64,000 nt of DNA from Dehalococcoidia bacterium (GTDB lineage: Bacteria; Chloroflexota; Dehalococcoidia; Lucifugimonadales; CAZENU01), in NCBI GenBank assembly GCA_965222125.1, contig CBDCTC010000006.1:408435-472434 (forward strand), in the 5' to 3' direction. Below the pieces are notes generated by a model. It had not been told where the DNA came from. It saw only the letters and a list, made by a program, of their open reading frames with translations, and searched no databases. The translations under genes were made by a program, and so were the position numbers. Of the stretch, positions 63,748-64,000 are shown piece after piece; positions within the stretch are counted from its first letter, which is position 1; every line of letters begins with the position of its first letter.

Positions 63748-63941
63748 CTATGCTGCGTTCGGAAGGGACTCCCGCCGGTGCACGTCGTCGTAGCAGCGGC
63801 CCTTCAGGTGGTAGGACCGCACCGGGGTTGAGACAGCCCGTCCGCCGATGATGTCCACCGAGGCGGTCTGCATGGCGGGTTCGCCGGGGGCGATGGGCTG
63901 CCCGCAGAGCGAGCAGTTTCCAACGTCATGGTTATCTGCAT
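63748..63941 (-). CDS. possible small CxxC zinc-ribbon protein, apparently frameshifted near its start
   Basis: The protein-like frame reads ...NCSLCGQPIAPGEPAMQTASVDIIGGRAVSTPVRSYHLKGRCYDDVHRRESLPNAA(TAG). The only well-placed start (ATG 63941 behind GGAAGGAAGG) is in another frame. One extra A in GGAAAC (plus-strand TTT 63917-63919) would join them. Confidence 0.25.
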
Positions 63942-64000
63942 CTTCACGACCTTCCTTCCTTTATAAGGGTGTTGCGTCCAGACGAAGCGAGGCCCCGCCG

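Overview
High-G+C bacterial chromosomal segment. The taxon cannot be fixed from the sequence; the T-box-controlled ileS, the pyrR-pyrB-pyrC operon and the giant GLUG/cadherin/FN3 proteins would fit something like Chloroflexota, but that is a guess. All domain and family calls below come from reading motifs by eye, because no database search was possible.

Left ~12 kb is housekeeping:
- Minus strand: pyrR-pyrB-NUDIX-pyrC, with a PyrR-type attenuator.
- Plus strand: a DsbA-like gene whose active-site codon is an in-frame TGA followed by a SECIS-like hairpin (candidate selenoprotein), then rnc, an MDR-type dehydrogenase, and a T-box leader plus ileS.

12.4-20 kb is accessory and visibly lower in G+C:
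- A small operon of secreted and membrane mini-proteins.
- A GAF-PAS-HisKA-HATPase-REC-wHTH single-polypeptide two-component gene, cut by an IS630-family element.
- An MBL-fold gene.

20-60.6 kb is dominated by two same-strand giant secreted-protein genes, 14,988 nt and 20,128 nt, together about 55% of the window:
- Both are built from about 7-8 supermodules (Ca-binding DxDxDG segment, GLUG beta-helix repeats, cadherin/FN3) plus near-identical internal tandem arrays (10 x 303 bp, 3.4 x 945 bp, 3 x 642 bp).
- Both are preceded by a conserved leader containing a long poly-C tract (C10 and C17), which makes them candidates for phase variation.
- Both carry lesions. Gene 1 ends at a TAG that is followed by 1.5 kb of further in-frame homologous modules. 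Gene 2 has a 1-nt frameshift.
- Between them lies a junkyard: an IS110 remnant, a GLUG fragment, an IS1182-like element with clear inverted repeats and a 4-bp target duplication, an intact HigA and a decayed HigB.

The right end carries a retropepsin-like protease and a Zn-ribbon-containing SNF2 helicase.

Three IS insertions can be mapped to the nucleotide or nearly so, and two of them restore the interrupted gene in frame. TAG is the most frequent stop codon among the confident genes.
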